This document shows, piece after piece, positions 1 to 24,986 of a stretch of 57,249 nucleotides of DNA; within the stretch, counting starts at the first letter, position 1; every line of letters begins with the position of its first letter. The notes beneath the pieces were generated by a model, which was given only the letters and a program-made list of their open reading frames with translations, did not search any database and was not told where the DNA came from. Source of the stretch: Azolla caroliniana. Taxonomy: Eukaryota; Plantae; Polypodiophyta. The stretch lies in contig JBHGNT010000185.1 in the NCBI GenBank assembly GCA_043228905.1, forward strand, positions 1 to 57,249. Direction: 5' to 3'. A program made the position numbers and the translations under genes.

Positions 1-845
1 AATCAATGTTATGGCGTCTCCCATGAAGATAGAAGCTTAGCAAGAAATCGCAATGATAGCTCACAATCAGAAAGAAAGTTTCCTATTGCTGCCATCTTAT
101 CTCCTAAAGAAATAAACTTAGCAAGCTTATCAGAAATAGAATCAAATTCATTTATTTTCAAATCTTCGAATTACATTTGCAAATGAATAAGTCTTGACCA
201 AATGACCATTCATACCTTGAATGCAAGACTTCCCAAAGCTCACTTGATGTTTCTTTAGACCCGAATTGCATAACGATCTTAGGTGTGAGAGGGTTCATCA
301 AAATAGCAAATGCATGTTGATCTTTCATATCTCAAGCTTCTTGTTCAAGATGGGGACCTTCATCATCATCCTTTGAAACTCCATCCTTTGAGCTGGAGGA
401 CTTTCCTTGTAATATAAGTCCATCAACCCAAACCTTCAAGATTGGCTGAATCAAATTCTTCCATGCCCCAAAGTTGTCTTCACCAGCAAGCTTCCTTGGA
501 TAGTAATAGAAGAAGACATGATTGAAAAGAAGAAGATAGACAAGGTTATAGCTCTGATACCAATGTTAGAAAAGAGGTATTTAAACTAATCTATTCTAAT
601 TAGTAGAAAGATTAGAGATGTAAAAGTTTAATTAAGGAAGAAAACAAGTGATTATTAAAATATAAATTAAAACAATAGTAGAAAGAATATTTCTACAAAA
701 GATGAAGCTAAGTTATAAGCTCATACATACAATAGTAGCTTTTAAAGATTTATACACTACCTCTATATGTAGAGGACTCAAAGTTTCTAAAAAAATAGTC
801 TCTAAAAATACAGTAATTTTTTTTCTAAAAATAGACACTTCAACA
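1..845 (-). mobile_element. 5' end of Ty1/Copia LTR retrotransposon (5' LTR, tRNA-iMet PBS, degenerate gag), runs off window start
   Basis: Minus strand LTR 564-845 with TGTTG...TAACA termini; PBS TGGTATCAGAGC at 551-562; frameshifted gag from ATG at 519 with Copia N-terminal motif KLAGEDNFGAWK. Confidence 0.85.
551..562 (-). promoter_or_regulatory. Primer binding site, tRNA-iMet
   Basis: gctctgatacca = reverse complement of TGGTATCAGAGC, 1 nt from LTR end. Confidence 0.9.
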
Positions 846-1189
846 TCATAGATTTTGTTGTCTATGCCCTTTTTCAATAATTGTGAACGCCCTATGCATT
901 ATCTGATATTCTATAATATCTAATTGAACCTAGAATACTAACAATAAGTCTAGAGGCATTTAGAGAGAGTATACAACTCCTTATGCCCTTGTCTAGAATG
1001 GTGTAGTTGAGAGCATGAATAAAACCATCTAGGATAGAGTTCGTGAATGTTAACACGATTATGCTCAGAATAGTGATGTTCAAAATGATGATTCCTATGT
1101 ACAACATGATGGTATTCAACCGTATTCATGTTCATGAATCATTAAGGAGATCTACACATGTGTCCAAACCACCTAGCAGATTTGTTCAT

Positions 1190-2727
1190 TTTGTAATCCT
1201 AACAAATGTTGGCGAGCCTTCATGTTACCATGAAGTCATATCAATTCATGATCATGCTAAGTATAGACATGCAATGCAAAATGAGTTGGATAGTATTCAT
1301 AAGAATGGAACTTGGAACTCAGTGCCAAATTTGCCGAAAGGTAGGAAAGCAGTATCATGTAAAGTACAAATACACATCTGATAGTGCTCTTCTGAAGTAT
1401 AAAGCTTGTATTGTGACAAAAGGTTTTAAAAAAGGAGTCGATTTTGATGAAACTTCCGTAGTCAAGATGTTTGTGTTAAGCATGATGCTCCCATTGGGTT
1501 GCAAAAAAGGATCATGAGTTATTTCAAATGGATGTAAAAACTATTTTTTGCATGGACATCTCAGTGAGGACATCTATTTGGAGCAACCGAAGGGTTATGA
1601 AGTTCATGGAAAAATGCCTTTGGTATGTAAGCTCAAGCAACTTTATATGGTCTTAAAAAATCTCCTCGAAAGTGGTATCGAAAATTTGATGCTTTTATGA
1701 GTTCCCACAGTTATAATAGGAGCAATGAAGACTCATGTCTATATGCTAAGAAATATCTAGATGACTCATATATAATTTAAATACTCTATGTAGATGACAT
1801 TCTCATCGTCAGTAAAAACAAGGATGAGTTGTCCAAGCTAAAGAAAAATTTGAGTCAAACTTTGGACATGAAATGTTTTTGGGAAATACAAAACACATCC
1901 TTAGCATGCATATTACTTGTGATAGTGATTAATGGATGTATTTACTTGTCTCAATTTGAGTATGCATCCAAAATACTCAAGAGGTTTAATATGGAGAATT
2001 CGAAGCCTTTGAGCACACCTTTATCCATGCATGTAAAGTCGAGCAAAAATGAATGTCTCAAATTTGATGATAAAAGGAGTTCCTTAGCAAAATTCCTTAA
2101 CAGATTGTTGTTGGTAGTCTCATGTACGTTATGGCGACTACGCCAGACACAACATTTGTAGTGGGAGTTGTGAGCAAATTTTTGTCAAACCTTGGTAAGA
2201 AACATGGGAAACAATTAAAAACGATATTAAGATATCTGAGTGGCACTAGGAATAAGTGTCTATGTTTGGGTGGCGAAAATGTATCCATTATTGGATATAC
2301 AAATTTTGATTATGTCGACTATTCTAACAACAGAAAGCCTACTTCACGGTACATTTTCAATTTGTAGGAGGTGCCATATCTTGGAGATCTCGTCTCCAAG
2401 AGTGTATTGCTCTGTCTACTACAAAAGAAGAGGATATTGTAGCTAGTGAGGCATGTAAGGAAGCTTTCCAGACTAGTTTGGGACACCAACATACCTCAGC
2501 TTGTACCCATATTGTTTTGCGATAGTCAAAAGTGCCATTGCATCGGCCAAAAACCCAATATACCATGCAAAGACCGAGCACATTGAAGTGCAATACCATT
2601 TCATCTGGGAATCAATAGCTTCTAGCTACATTTAACCTTGGGGAAGGTTGTTTCTCTAGAAAAATGCAAGAAATGCATTGACCAAAGCTCTATCACACGA
2701 TGCGCTAGAGTATTGTTGTGACTTGAT
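1190..2727 (+). pseudogene. Degenerate Ty1/Copia reverse transcriptase-RNase H
   Basis: Fragments EPSCYHE..AMQNELDSIHKNGTW..LPKGRKAVSCK, KYKACIVTKGF, QMDVKT, LYVDDILI, AISWRSRLQECIALSTT, KTEHIEVQYHF; many stops and frameshifts. Confidence 0.9.
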
Positions 2728-3223
2728 TATTAATCATCAACTCTTAGGTTTGGTTTGGTTCGAGAGTGTCAAACTCAAACCATTTAAAAAAATTAAAACT
2801 TCAACCGAATCAAACCACAAAACTATTTAAACCGATACCATTTAAACCAAACCGTTACTAAAAATTCAAGCTCAAACCAAACAAATTTAGAGACTTTCAA
2901 ACCTTTAAACTATTAACCTGTTAAATCGCGGTTTCACAGTTGGATTTTGGTTTTCACATTAGGTCAAAATTCAAATTTTCATATTGTAATTTTAAAATTT
3001 TTCAATATTTCAATATTTCAAATTTCAAAATTTTTTAACTGTTTGAATCGTGGTTTCAAACTTTTAAACTAAAAATTGTTAAACTAATAAAGGCTTGAAT
3101 CGGACCGGTAAACCCCCCAACCCAACCGAACTAAAAGCAAACCATTTACAAAAACCTAAACCTAAACCAAACTGTTTAAACCGTTGTTAGATTCAGTTCA
3201 ATCCGAACCATTGCCGATTGTTA
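2728..3223. mobile_element. hAT-type MITE
   Basis: Perfect 8-bp TSD GACTTGAT (2720-2727, 3224-3231); right TIR TTGCCGATTGTTA shared with the 3364-3788 element; many AAACCG/AACCGA subterminal repeats. Confidence 0.85.
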
Positions 3224-3307
3224 GACTTGATGGGAAAGACTCAGTTCTTCACATTACACAATTTGGTCTTATGTTATATTGTGTAACATGTTCATCAAAA
3301 TGGAGAT

Positions 3308-4313
3308 TGAGGTCCTCCACAAGTTTCCCATAAGTTTTTGCCAGATTTGTTTAGCCTTTTAAGTAACAATTGGCAACAGTTCGGTTCAAGAGGGTCAAAA
3401 CCGAACCGTTTAAAATTTTGGAAACCTGAACCAAACCAAACCAAACCAAACCACGAAACCGTTAAACCGAACCATTAAAAAAATTCAAACCGTTAAGCCA
3501 TTAAACCGATAAAATCGTGGTTCGGTTTCGGTTTTTAGCTTAGGTCAAAATTTTTGTTTTAAAATATTTCATTATTTACATTTTCAAAAAAAGATTTTCT
3601 AAAAATGTGAGAATAAGGCATGAAAATGAAAAGATTGTTTTAAAATAAAAAAATAAAATTGAAATTTAACAAAAAATAAAAAATAAAAAACCGGTAAACC
3701 GCAGTTTCTAACTGTTGAATCCGAACTGAACCGTTTAAACCGTTAAGCCATGGTTTCGTAGTTCAGACCGAACTGTTGCCGATTGTTACTTTTAAACTAA
3801 TTACTAAGTAAAACTGAAAGCTTAAGCTTCCATCTTTAATGTCTTTGGGTCAATTGTTACTTATTGGGGTCTTTTCAAAGCCTTTTATTTCGTGCTTGTT
3901 CTCATTAATCTTCCATGATAACTGATTAAGGGTGATGAAGCAAACTTAACTTTGTGCATCTTTTGCTATTAAGTCTAGAGTTTGCTTACTCCTTTTTTTC
4001 TTTATTTATTGGAGTAGACTTACAAGTGGATTGATACCCACTTCCACTTGTCTTGCCAACAATAGAGTAGAGTTTCATAGACTTAGGAGTGGATTGACAC
4101 CCACTTTCTATTTGTCTCGCCAACAATAGAGTAGGCTTTGTCCCAACCCTATACACTTAAGCTCTAGGTTAGTTAGGTAAGACCATCTAGAGAAACATGT
4201 GGTAAGCCTAGCAAACATCCCCACATTGGGTGGGTTAGAGGATCATATACATACTTGCAATCATGCTTAGCTTGACCTTTAAAAACTTAGATAAAGTCTA
4301 CATTATTGTATCA
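3308..4313 (+). repeat. Putative 3' LTR of the degenerate Copia element (interrupted by a MITE; internal ~60-bp duplication 4011-4134)
   Basis: Follows a PPT-like AAAATGGAGAT; TGA...TCA ends; boundaries uncertain, no partner LTR in window. Confidence 0.35.
3364..3788. mobile_element. hAT-type MITE (same family as 2728-3223)
   Basis: ~23-bp TIRs TAACAATTGGCAACAGTTCGGT / ACCGAACTGTTGCCGATTGTTA; 8-bp TSD CTTTTAAG/CTTTTAAA. Confidence 0.9.
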
Positions 4314-4431
4314 GTAGATAATTTCTTGTTGGGTGATTGCTTTCCCTCAAAATAGATGGGAATGACAAGATAGGGTAGGCAAAGATATCACGTTACAATG
4401 TAATAATCAAGAGAACATTGGTAGGAACAAA

Positions 4432-4558
4432 TAGCAATGGGCAAACCAAACCAAACCGTTTTGAACTCTCAATATTTAAACCCAAACCATTTAAGAAAAA
4501 GTTGAAACCATGGCTTAACAGTTGGTTCAATTTGAGCCAAAAACCGTGCCCATTGCTA
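4432..4558. mobile_element. 127-bp hAT-type MITE
   Basis: TIR TAGCAATGGGCA / TGCCCATTGCTA; perfect 8-bp TSD GGAACAAA (4424-4431, 4559-4566). Confidence 0.9.
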
Positions 4559-5229
4559 GGAACAAATGTAGATATCTCTTCTGATCTAAATTCTTCTTTG
4601 AAGAAGAGAATGAAAATTTCCGGCGTGCAATACAATATTGGCAAGAAGAGCTGATAAAAATCTCTTTGAAAATTGATATCCAAAATTTCTATAATCTTTT
4701 GAGCAATTATATACTAAAAAACTGTAGAGCATTTCTTATAGTAAATTCCAATCAAAATATCACAGCCAACATATACCTAAAAGAAGACAAAGTGCTGAAA
4801 AACAAATCCTCATATTTTTTTATTGGTCTCGATTTATTTGTGTTTGGCATAAATTCAACAAATGATACAATGCTGAGCACTATCCATGTATGTCTGAGCA
4901 TCGGAATAGCGCATCAAATACTTGGTGGAGATGCAGATTGGCCGAGACTTGGTGAAATCATCATCATCCACATATATATTTGTCATCGACAAAGGGGAGT
5001 CGATTATTCGAGACTTTGTGAAAAAAATCATCAATGATGAGGGCGAAAGTTAGAGGGGAACGGTTGGAATTGGGAAGATTAAGCAAGCACATACGCCAAC
5101 GTTAGCCAACGTCAAAAGTCAAATGTAGAAGGGCCTTTCTGAAATCATCGGAGACGATGTTTTTATGTCTCGTAGAAACTTGCTCTTGGGCAAACAATAC
5201 GAAACTCAAGGCCACAAAACTATTGATAT

Positions 5230-15919
<10,690 letters not shown>

Positions 15920-16242
15920 TGTTTTTCTCGAAATGCTATATATCTCCTCAGATGCAACTCAAGTTCACAGAACAAAAAAACAAAAACAAAAAAAAAAAAC
16001 CGCCCAGAGAGATGCAATCAGAGCTTTGGAAGGCGAATTGGGTAGAAACATCAACAAGAAGAAGCAGGCATAACCATGGCAATGGCCATTCCCAAATGCA
16101 TAAGAGATGAGAAGGGGGAGGAAGCTATGGACATTCTCAAAAGGTCAATCAATGATCAAACCCAAAACACTCTTCTCTCCTGTTCTTTAAATCTTCTTCT
16201 ACCAGTAGCTACTTCACATCTCTCTGCCTCTGCCAATTTTGG

Positions 16243-16351
16243 GCTCTCTCTCTCTCTCTGTCTCTCTCTCTGAGGAGAACATGGATGGCATGGGGGCTGC
16301 CTCTTCTCTCTCAAAAGAACATTCCACAGAATATTCCAAACTTAAGAATCT

Positions 16352-16388
<37 letters not shown>
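16243..16388. repeat. (CT)n/(GA)n microsatellites in the probable 5' UTR/proximal promoter of the phosphatase
   Basis: Two CT runs 320-470 bp upstream of the ATG. Confidence 0.85.
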
Positions 16389-16759
16389 GACCTTACAAGA
16401 AGCTTCTTTGGAGTACATACATAGTTGCCGCCCGTCGCTATCGTTGGTGTCGTCGCCGCCGTCCGTCCTTCTGGATGCTCTCGATTCACAAAGCTGTGGT
16501 AAATCTTGATGATGCCCTATCAGTTGATCGGTTGGGTCGATCGGATTTTGTCCTGTCAGGTCTCCCGAAACCGGAAAGGTTTCTACGCCAGAAGGGATGA
16601 TGGACATGTCTTGAATCCATGGGCCACTCTTCAACACGTGGCTCATCCCGTGATTGATCATTGATCAAAGAAGGTTACGTATGATATGACCTTGTCATTT
16701 TGAGACTATTGACGAGAATAGAAGCAAAAAGCATTGATGGGCCGAGTAACTTGTAAACC

Positions 16760-17760
16760 TCAGATTGTTAACACACACGTGCTTGAAGTGAATGAGAAGT
16801 GGAGCTGTTCGGTGAAGTAGATGTGGACGTGGACTTTGTAGTTTGAAATGAAAAGTATTTCAAATGATCGTACATGGAGCCTGCTTGATAGACGAAACAA
16901 GAAGGCGATTAGAATGATGCGGGTTTGGAAAATGACGTTCAAGGTTGATGCATCCATGCACACATACGAAAGCAAGATGGCCAACCAAAGGGTATTGAAA
17001 GAAAGCAATCATAAGGTGTTGGGCAATCCCATTCGAAACAAGATGTTTTGAGGTTGTGTATGGGTTAAATCATGCAGCAATAGCATACTATATTTAGTGG
17101 ATTGACAAATTTGTCACAAAAGTTACATCCAGGAGGTTTTTCCAACAAACATTATCCTCCACATGAAAATTGAAGATAAGAGAGAAATGTTCCTCTTGTT
17201 GTATGCAGATGATCTCATACAAACTAGCAGCACATGAAAAGTGGGTTTTGGCTTGTTCAAGGTGAAAGTGAGTTTCAAATTCAAGCTTGTCAATTATGTC
17301 AACATATGATCTCATGTATGGCTTATTATTGATTGAATTGGAAGGTTTTGGGAGATTATGTCAAGAATAACTTAGTCATCGGTTTCATTCTCAATCATTG
17401 TGATGTGCACAACCTATTTTTGGTTCCATGAAGATGAGGAATAGAAGACAATATTTGTTCTTATTATGAGTAGTTGAGTGCATAATTATGTCTTTCATGG
17501 TTACCAATATTCATGTCATTTTCCATCAATTGGCTTGTGATGTTTCCCAAAAGGTTTCGGATATTTTAACGAATCATCTATATGGATGAATTCTTGTTTA
17601 TTCTAAAACTCTTTAGGAACATGAGAGCTGAGTTGAGTGCAACATGTTCTACATAAGTCCCAAGAGCTTCTACATGTGGAGACCTCTGTAACTTAGGCTA
17701 CCCATCACTGAGAAAGGTGTGGATAGGCAAAACATGCTAATTAGACATTGGAGAAATATC
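16760..17760 (+). pseudogene. Highly degenerate Ty1/Copia RT remnant
   Basis: EMKSISNDRTWSLL..KKAI...VWK.TFKVDASMHTYESK resembles the Copia RT N-terminus; YMDE near 17580. Confidence 0.6.
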
Positions 17761-17949
17761 TGAAGTGTTTTATTTGTTTTATTAGTTGAGTTTGTTTATG
17801 ATAACCAAGTGCATGACTCAAATGGCTACTAATCATTCTTTGCCAATTATGGTTTATTATCATTAATTAATGGCCCTTCTATGTTTCAATATATGATGAT
17901 ATGAATAGAAAATGTAGCTTGACGAACTTTGTGACCTCCAATGAGAGCT

Positions 17950-20270
17950 CCAACATCATCTCATCCAATATTAAACACAATATCGAGATCATGTAGACAC
18001 ATCATTAACAAGAACTTGTAGGGTTTCTTTTAAGATATCAGCGCATGATTCATCCTTGGAACAAGTTTTCTTATTGTCACCTTGGTTTTTATGAAATCAT
18101 TGCCTTGAGTTTCTTCCATCAACATTATGCTTGCACATGTTTTTTGTTGGACCATATAACTAGTATTTTCCAAATCGACTTCATCCTTCGCCACCTCCTT
18201 TAGTCGAGGTTGATGGTCCTAAAGAATTCCATATTCAAGAGGATTTCGACCCTAGACATGTGTTAATATTTGTATTACTACATCAAATGGGAAGCAAACT
18301 TTCCCAATGATCACACTTATTATCTTGTCAAGAATTTGGTTAAAGTTCATGATAGTTGACGAGTTTCACAAAAGGTTGTCCAAATAAACTAGGTTGAAGT
18401 TCTCTAACTCTAGGTTTTTTGTCACCATTGTACGATGGGGATGGTGTGACAGCCATATAAAAATCACACATATTGTGGTGTACCTTTGTGCCACCTTTTT
18501 AGCAAGTGTAGGCCTTCATGCATGTATGCATTAACTAGTTGGTAGCCAAACCCATCCAAAAGGGTATCTTTGTATAAACTATAAATTAAGTAGGAAGGAA
18601 GTGGCAAGACAAACTACTTTTGATCCTTTCTAGTGGAGATGTGTGGTATTTGGTTAAGACCAATATATACTTGTTGCCCTACAAGTTATAGAAAGGGTCC
18701 CATGACATCCCATCCGATGAGCTCGAAGGGTGATGTGACGATAATGGGTTGGAGCGTTCCAATGAGCTTGCATGCTGGTTTGATGTGTTGACACAAGTTT
18801 CACTATTTGATGTAGGTAGAGACAAAGTGTCGTGTGTTGGGCCAGTAATACATGATTCATAGTTTTTCAAGAACCTTGTGGAAATGCAGATGGCCTGACA
18901 ATGGGTGGGCATGTTAAAATTGGAGGTACTTTCATTGTAAGGCATGGGGGATGTAGAGGTGGGGCTCGTGGTGCTCCTGAATGAATAAAACCAAGTTGTC
19001 ACGGAGCATGAACCTTTGTTGTGGGGAAAATATGTGGAGGGAGTACAACTATTGGGTTATATCTTGGATGGGTAGGCCGTCTTGCTTAAGTGTGCTGGCA
19101 GTGGCAATGGAAGACTAGATGGCTCGGGGACAAATTGGACAACCTAGATGTCGATGCGAAAGAGCTTATCAACGACCAAATTAGTTATATCTTTCTGATA
19201 AGAGAGGGTAAATTGATTAACTTGGAGTGCTAGTGTCCATCACTGTAACAAGTGGACACGGGGGGTGAGGCCTATGGATAAGAGAAAGCAAGGGTGCATG
19301 GTCAGTCTCAACCGTAAGTTGTTCATCGTGAAGGCATGGGTGAAAACGTTAAAAGGACCAAACGATTGCAAGTAGTGCCTTCTCAATGGTTGAGTAGTTG
19401 CGTTTAACCGTAGTTAGTGCTTTGTTGATGAAGGCGACTGATTGCCTTTTTCTTGACCATCGGGATCGACTTGCAAGAGCACAGTTGCTAACCCTTGGTA
19501 TAAGGCATTTGTCTGTAGCTTGAATGTTTGGTCAAAGTTAGGATGGGTGAGCAAACCTGATTCCTCAACGAGTGTTTTGAGGCAATGAAAGTTGTCTTCA
19601 CAAGAAGGATCCCAAATGAACGTCGCACCTTTCTTCAATAGTTGGCGGAGTGGGAAGTGACAAAGGCGAGGTTTGAGATGAATCGAAAGGAAAAGGTGAT
19701 CATGCCCAAAAAACTTTGTTGTGCTTTTACCAAGTGGGGCGAGAGTAGTCGGTGATGATAGCTACCTTAGCAGGCTCCATACAGATTCCTTAACCAAAGA
19801 CGATGTAGCTGAGAAAACGTTGGTTGGTGCATCCCCATCGACACTTCTTCTATTGGAGTTGCAAGTTATGTTGAGTTATTCGTATGAGTACTTCAATGAG
19901 TGTTTGTAGGTGGATAAGGATGTCGTCAAGATAGAGGATGATACCTTTGCTGATGAGGTTGGCCATATGTTGGAATGTGTTACTAACATGGCATCAGACG
20001 TGCCGAATGACACGTGGGTGAACTAGAACATCCCACGGTGTGTACCGAATGTAGTTTTGTAGGCGTTGGAAGGCTTCAGAGGGATCTACCAGTATCCCGA
20101 GGCCAAGTCGAGGGAGGTGAAATAACGGAGGCACTTAGCTAATCCAAGAGGTCATCCACTCAAGAGAGTGGGTAGAGATCATGGATTGTCACTTTGTTTA
20201 GTGGCTTGAAGTCGATGTAGAAGCGGAAAGTGCCATTGTCCTTCTTGATGAGGTGGGGTTCCAAAACCCA
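17950..20270 (-). pseudogene. Degenerate Ty3/Gypsy pol (RT-RNase H-integrase)
   Basis: YFTSLDLASGYW, YKTTFGTHRGMF, ILYLDDILI, KKGATFIWDPSCEDNFHCLKT..PNFDQTFKLQTNALYQGLATVLLQ; integrase-like remnants below 18.6 kb. Confidence 0.85.
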
Positions 20271-22739
20271 ATCACTAGTGAAGGGGATGATAGTACAATA
20301 TGAACTCATCTCTTGTGTTGCTTAGTTACCATGTATGCATTAATAAAATATAATTGCACTTTCATCTAGAATGTTCCTGAATGTCCTCTAGCCTAATTCT
20401 CCCAATTGCATTAGATGAATGACTAGTTGATAGAGAATGTCATGAATAGAAACTTGCAACACTACAACATTACATACACCCAATAAATACATTACCGTAC
20501 ATTCTAGAAAATGATGTGATGCACCCAACTACATATTTCCATCACCATGCCATTTAACATGAGTCCTCATAGTCATGATCTTGAAATTCATAATTGAGCT
20601 TAAAGAGGATTGACTAGAGTTAACGTAATTATGAGATCTATTATGCAGAGCATCTCACCATGATACGAGACCTTCATGATTACCCTTTAATGTTTCCCAT
20701 GATCATTTACCACATGGAAAACCAACCTAACACATGCCCTCCTAGGGAAATATCTATGTTGTGTACGTTAGTAAAGTATTAGTATTAAGAAAATACATGA
20801 GGGAAATACGGGTGTAGCCTCTATGCTAGCAAAGGAGACATAAGCCATAATTCTACCCATTCTTCTGAAGACATTAAAAAATCATCATCTTCGAGTTCTC
20901 TAGATATTGTTGATAAATGGATATGAACATAAACAGTTTCCATCGTACTTACCTTATGGTGGTAAGGAATAATGTATTCTAAATTTGGGAGGTGAGACTT
21001 AAAAAGTATTTATGGTCTAGGGTCCATGAACCATTCATGGGCCACGCATGAGATAGACAAGGTTTCTCACAAGTTTAGCTTTCTTAATTATTCAAAAAGA
21101 AAACATATGAGTTTTTCTATTGAAAGCAAGTTCCAATTAAGTATCTTCGCCCCTTTTTTCTACATTGTTAGGAAAGCAAATACTTGTAGCCAAACACAAG
21201 GTTCAATCCACATGCTTTTATATTTTATTGCAAGTCCCTAAACTTGGTAAAACACTTGCGTTTGATAATGGGCATCCAACTAAAGTTTTTTGTGTTGACC
21301 ATTATAACCATAAGTGATCATGATTCACCACTTCTGTCGGAACACTTCTACATGGTGTTTGAACAAGTATATGGCTAATTCATCCCCTTTATTGCAACCA
21401 TCTCATGAGAATCCATATTTTACACAAACCATATTTAATAATTAGAAACCAATAATAATATAGTGGTAATTAATTGTTAATAACAAATCATTGAAATTTA
21501 GTAGTTATCAAGATTGTCTTGGAAGCTTTGGTATCTTTCGGCATTACTATTCAAATATTCATTTTTAAATATAAAGAGCGATACTATGTAGTTGGACGAG
21601 TTCTTTAATATGTTTAATGTAAGTATTGGCCCACGTTGTTACTATGCTCTAATTCCAACTTATTATGTAATATGGATGAGTTATTAGCAAAAAGATTGAC
21701 TTTGAATCTTTTGGGTGGGTGGGTCATCCATGATCATGGATGTATCATGTGTGAATGCATGGCTACATAGGAAGTTTGATGCTTTCCATTAGAAAACAAC
21801 AAAGCCCAAATTTCGTTCATCTATGGGGGTCCAACGCATTGGGAAATGGTTTGCAAGGTGGCATGTGAAGAATATTTGAATGTGTAATATGTAGATCGTC
21901 TCTACAACACCATGATTTAGTGTTTACTAAAGGTAATTGTATTGACACAATGTAAGTTAGTGCCTGAATTAATGTTTATGGTTTTGCAATTAGTTTTGAG
22001 CATTTACCTTGTTTATGAGTCATATTGGTTATGCACAAATCATTTCTATCTTTCCACCTCAACTATTTTCATTGTGCTTTGGGCATGCTATAAGTAAGGA
22101 GTCTTCAAAGTTTTGGATCATGTAGGGTTTGTTCTCGTTATCGATCATACTCAATGACCGATTTCATTACCTTGATAGGATCAACCTTGGACATTTTGAT
22201 AATGCCTTTGGAGAATTATAGTTAATTAAGAATTAGTTTGGTCATTGATATCTTTCGACATATTGTCGATCTAGTTCACTCCTTGCACATATCCCTCCCA
22301 CTATCACAATGTGAATTCTTGATTGCCAGATTCTTTAATAAAATTCATGAATATCAAGAGTCGCTACACAAGTCAACACATATTGTGCCGAAAATCTATC
22401 CATCCATCCATGTGTGTGTGTGTAGAAGTGCCTTTGGAATTTAGGACTAAATTGGAGTTTGAACCTTCGTAACATGCGCCTTTTCATTTTGATATCATAA
22501 TGCTTGTAACAGAGTTAGTGAATATATAAACATGATCCATAAGTACATACACATAATATCATGTCCACTTGCAAGATACCTAATTTGGATATGATCCACA
22601 TGGTATCAAGATCTTTATTATGTTAATAGTAAAAAAAAAGAAAGGTATCAAACTAAAGTTAAACAATATATATGTTTTTTTTTTTTTTTTCCAAAAAAGA
22701 GGTTGCGTCAATATATATGTTATTAACTAGCATATAGTA

Positions 22740-23450
22740 GAGAATATTTCAAAAAGCATGTTTTCGAGTGCTTGCTTGGCCAATATCACAACTTTTGAGA
22801 AATTTGTTGTCTTACAAATACCAAATGTAATGGGCTTTTATGAATATTCTTTTCCAAGTTCAAATTGGATCCGATTCTAGATATCAAGATTCCAAAAGGT
22901 TTTATTGTAGCTTTCATTTTCTTGGTAGCTCATTGAACTCATTGAATTATGAAGTTGTTTCATTGACATATGCATGTTACCAGTAGAGTCGATATCCGAA
23001 GAGTATAGATGGGAATATTTAAGACCCAAAAACTTGCTTGGGTGTAATTTATTTTCATGTAATGCTTGCATGATACATGTTATTCAATATGTTATTATTA
23101 CACATGAATATAGACCATTGTGTAGAATTATTCATGATGAGTGAGCATATGGCAATGTAGAAACATTCCCCAATGCCTTGAAATATGATATTGGAGACAT
23201 GTTCTTTATGTTAGAGAGCTTTAAAAATCACTATACCAATATGTGTAAATGTCTTTAATTGCAATGCTTTAGGATTCCATGTGTCCATGTTATACTAAAA
23301 TGATAGGATCCTCAGTTATGGCATTGTAGTACACAATTTAAAGATTTGTATCCCTTGGTGGCATTATTCAATCAAACCTTAAAAGTGCTTGGCATACACC
23401 ATTAAAGAGAAAGCATTGTAATAAAGTGAAATAAAATGTTAATTTTGTAT
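22740..23450 (-). pseudogene. Possible very degenerate CACTA (TnpD-like) transposase remnant
   Basis: Weak motif resemblance only (IFPSILF~FPPSFF; NRIQFE~VRNRA.PE). Confidence 0.3.
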
Positions 23451-24517
23451 CGATCTTTTCATTAGTTGGTATACTGAACTCCAATAAAATACACCACACT
23501 CATGTGAGTGGGTGTGGAATCTATAGGTTTCAAAGTTATGGCAAATATATGTAAGTGGAAATTTAATATTCAAAGACAATCAAAATTTATGAGCAACGTG
23601 GCATGTTAAGTCTAATCCATGTGGTAGTCATGTCAAGATTATGTCGTATGGAGTGGGATCATCAGAAGTTCAATCAAGGACAATATAGAGGTTTGGGTAA
23701 GATTAAACCTTCCACATCATATAAATTTGAGCCGAGTTTTAGCCTTGCTTTTTTCTATAATTTTTCCTTGTCTTTAACATACCCTTTTTCAATTGAAATA
23801 TCTAAAAATCCCCTTTATCTACACCACAAGTCTCCATATCATGTGCATTCGAGGCCTTGTTTATAATCCTCCATTTCTATAAAATTCAGGTGGCTTCCAT
23901 AGATCCTTTTTCAATTTGGTTTTGTAAATATTCCCTTCATATCAAATCCTTTTGGATGTAAATAATATGTATAAAACGTTTTAATCGAATTGTCGGTGTT
24001 ATGATAACATGAGGGCATTAATTATTTACATGAGTTCCCTAAGGTACATAAGGTTACTCCTATGTAGAATTCACAAAGAAAGAATTTCCAAACTATATTT
24101 TAATTTAACTTATCCAATTAGTTGAAATACAATAACCATAATCACCAAAAGGAAAAACTTACATGAAGCTAAAACAAAAAACCATTGGCAAATACTCACA
24201 TGGAATTCTCTTGGTGGTATTACAAGTCTCCTCTCATCCTCTTCAAAATATTAATCTAATTTTCTACCAACTCTAATGTCCCAAAAACAACTACTTTAAA
24301 AATTCTACCAATCCTTTTTTAAAACAGTTTCGTAAAACTCTTAATCTTCTCTACTCATATTGTACTCTTTGAGTACCCCCCCCCCCCCCCCCATTTTAGT
24401 TCTTTTAATTTACGGATCAAAGGCAATGAGATGACTCCTTTTGAACATCCTCATGGTTAAATTAATGAAAAAAGGGCTTAAAATCTAAACAATATACTTT
24501 AAGCCATTAGGTCCAAG

Positions 24518-24839
24518 TGTTGGACTAAAAGTCCTACTCCGACCATTGTACCTTAGTGTGAACACTCCTTGTAGTTGGGGCTTAGTTCCCTCTTGTATAA
24601 CCAAGAGGAATTCCTCCTTGTACAAAGTGACGAACGATAATATAGATTTACTTTTTGCCATATATTTGTTTTTGTGTATACATTCTCAGGTTAATAAGGA
24701 GAAGACACACGTCCTCACGCTTAATCTACGTTTGTCCATTCCTAAACAAGATCCATATTTGCTTCCGCAATAGTCGACTATGTCGACCAACCAACTGACT
24801 CTACATATAACAGTCGGCTAGACACAACATGTGTCAACA
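24518..24839. mobile_element. Solo LTR (322 bp)
   Basis: TGTTG...CAACA termini with perfect 5-bp TSD CCAAG (24513-24517, 24840-24844). Confidence 0.88.
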
Positions 24840-24986
24840 CCAAGTCCTTCCCCTCTTACCCCTCTTGCACATGAGTGCTAGAGCCAAACTGAAGAATGAC
24901 CAGAAGTGTGAAGCTTGTTGTCGAGGAAGTCGGTTGATTGGGCCCTTGACACAATTGTCGACTCTTGTGGTCTAGATGCACAACCC

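Noticed and set aside
4570-5000. YVDD-containing minus-strand frame as Copia RT or extra exon
   Set aside because: Flanking residues do not fit RT; lies 3' of the phosphatase stop
21050-22250. Possible L1 LINE remnant
   Set aside because: Too degenerate to support by eye
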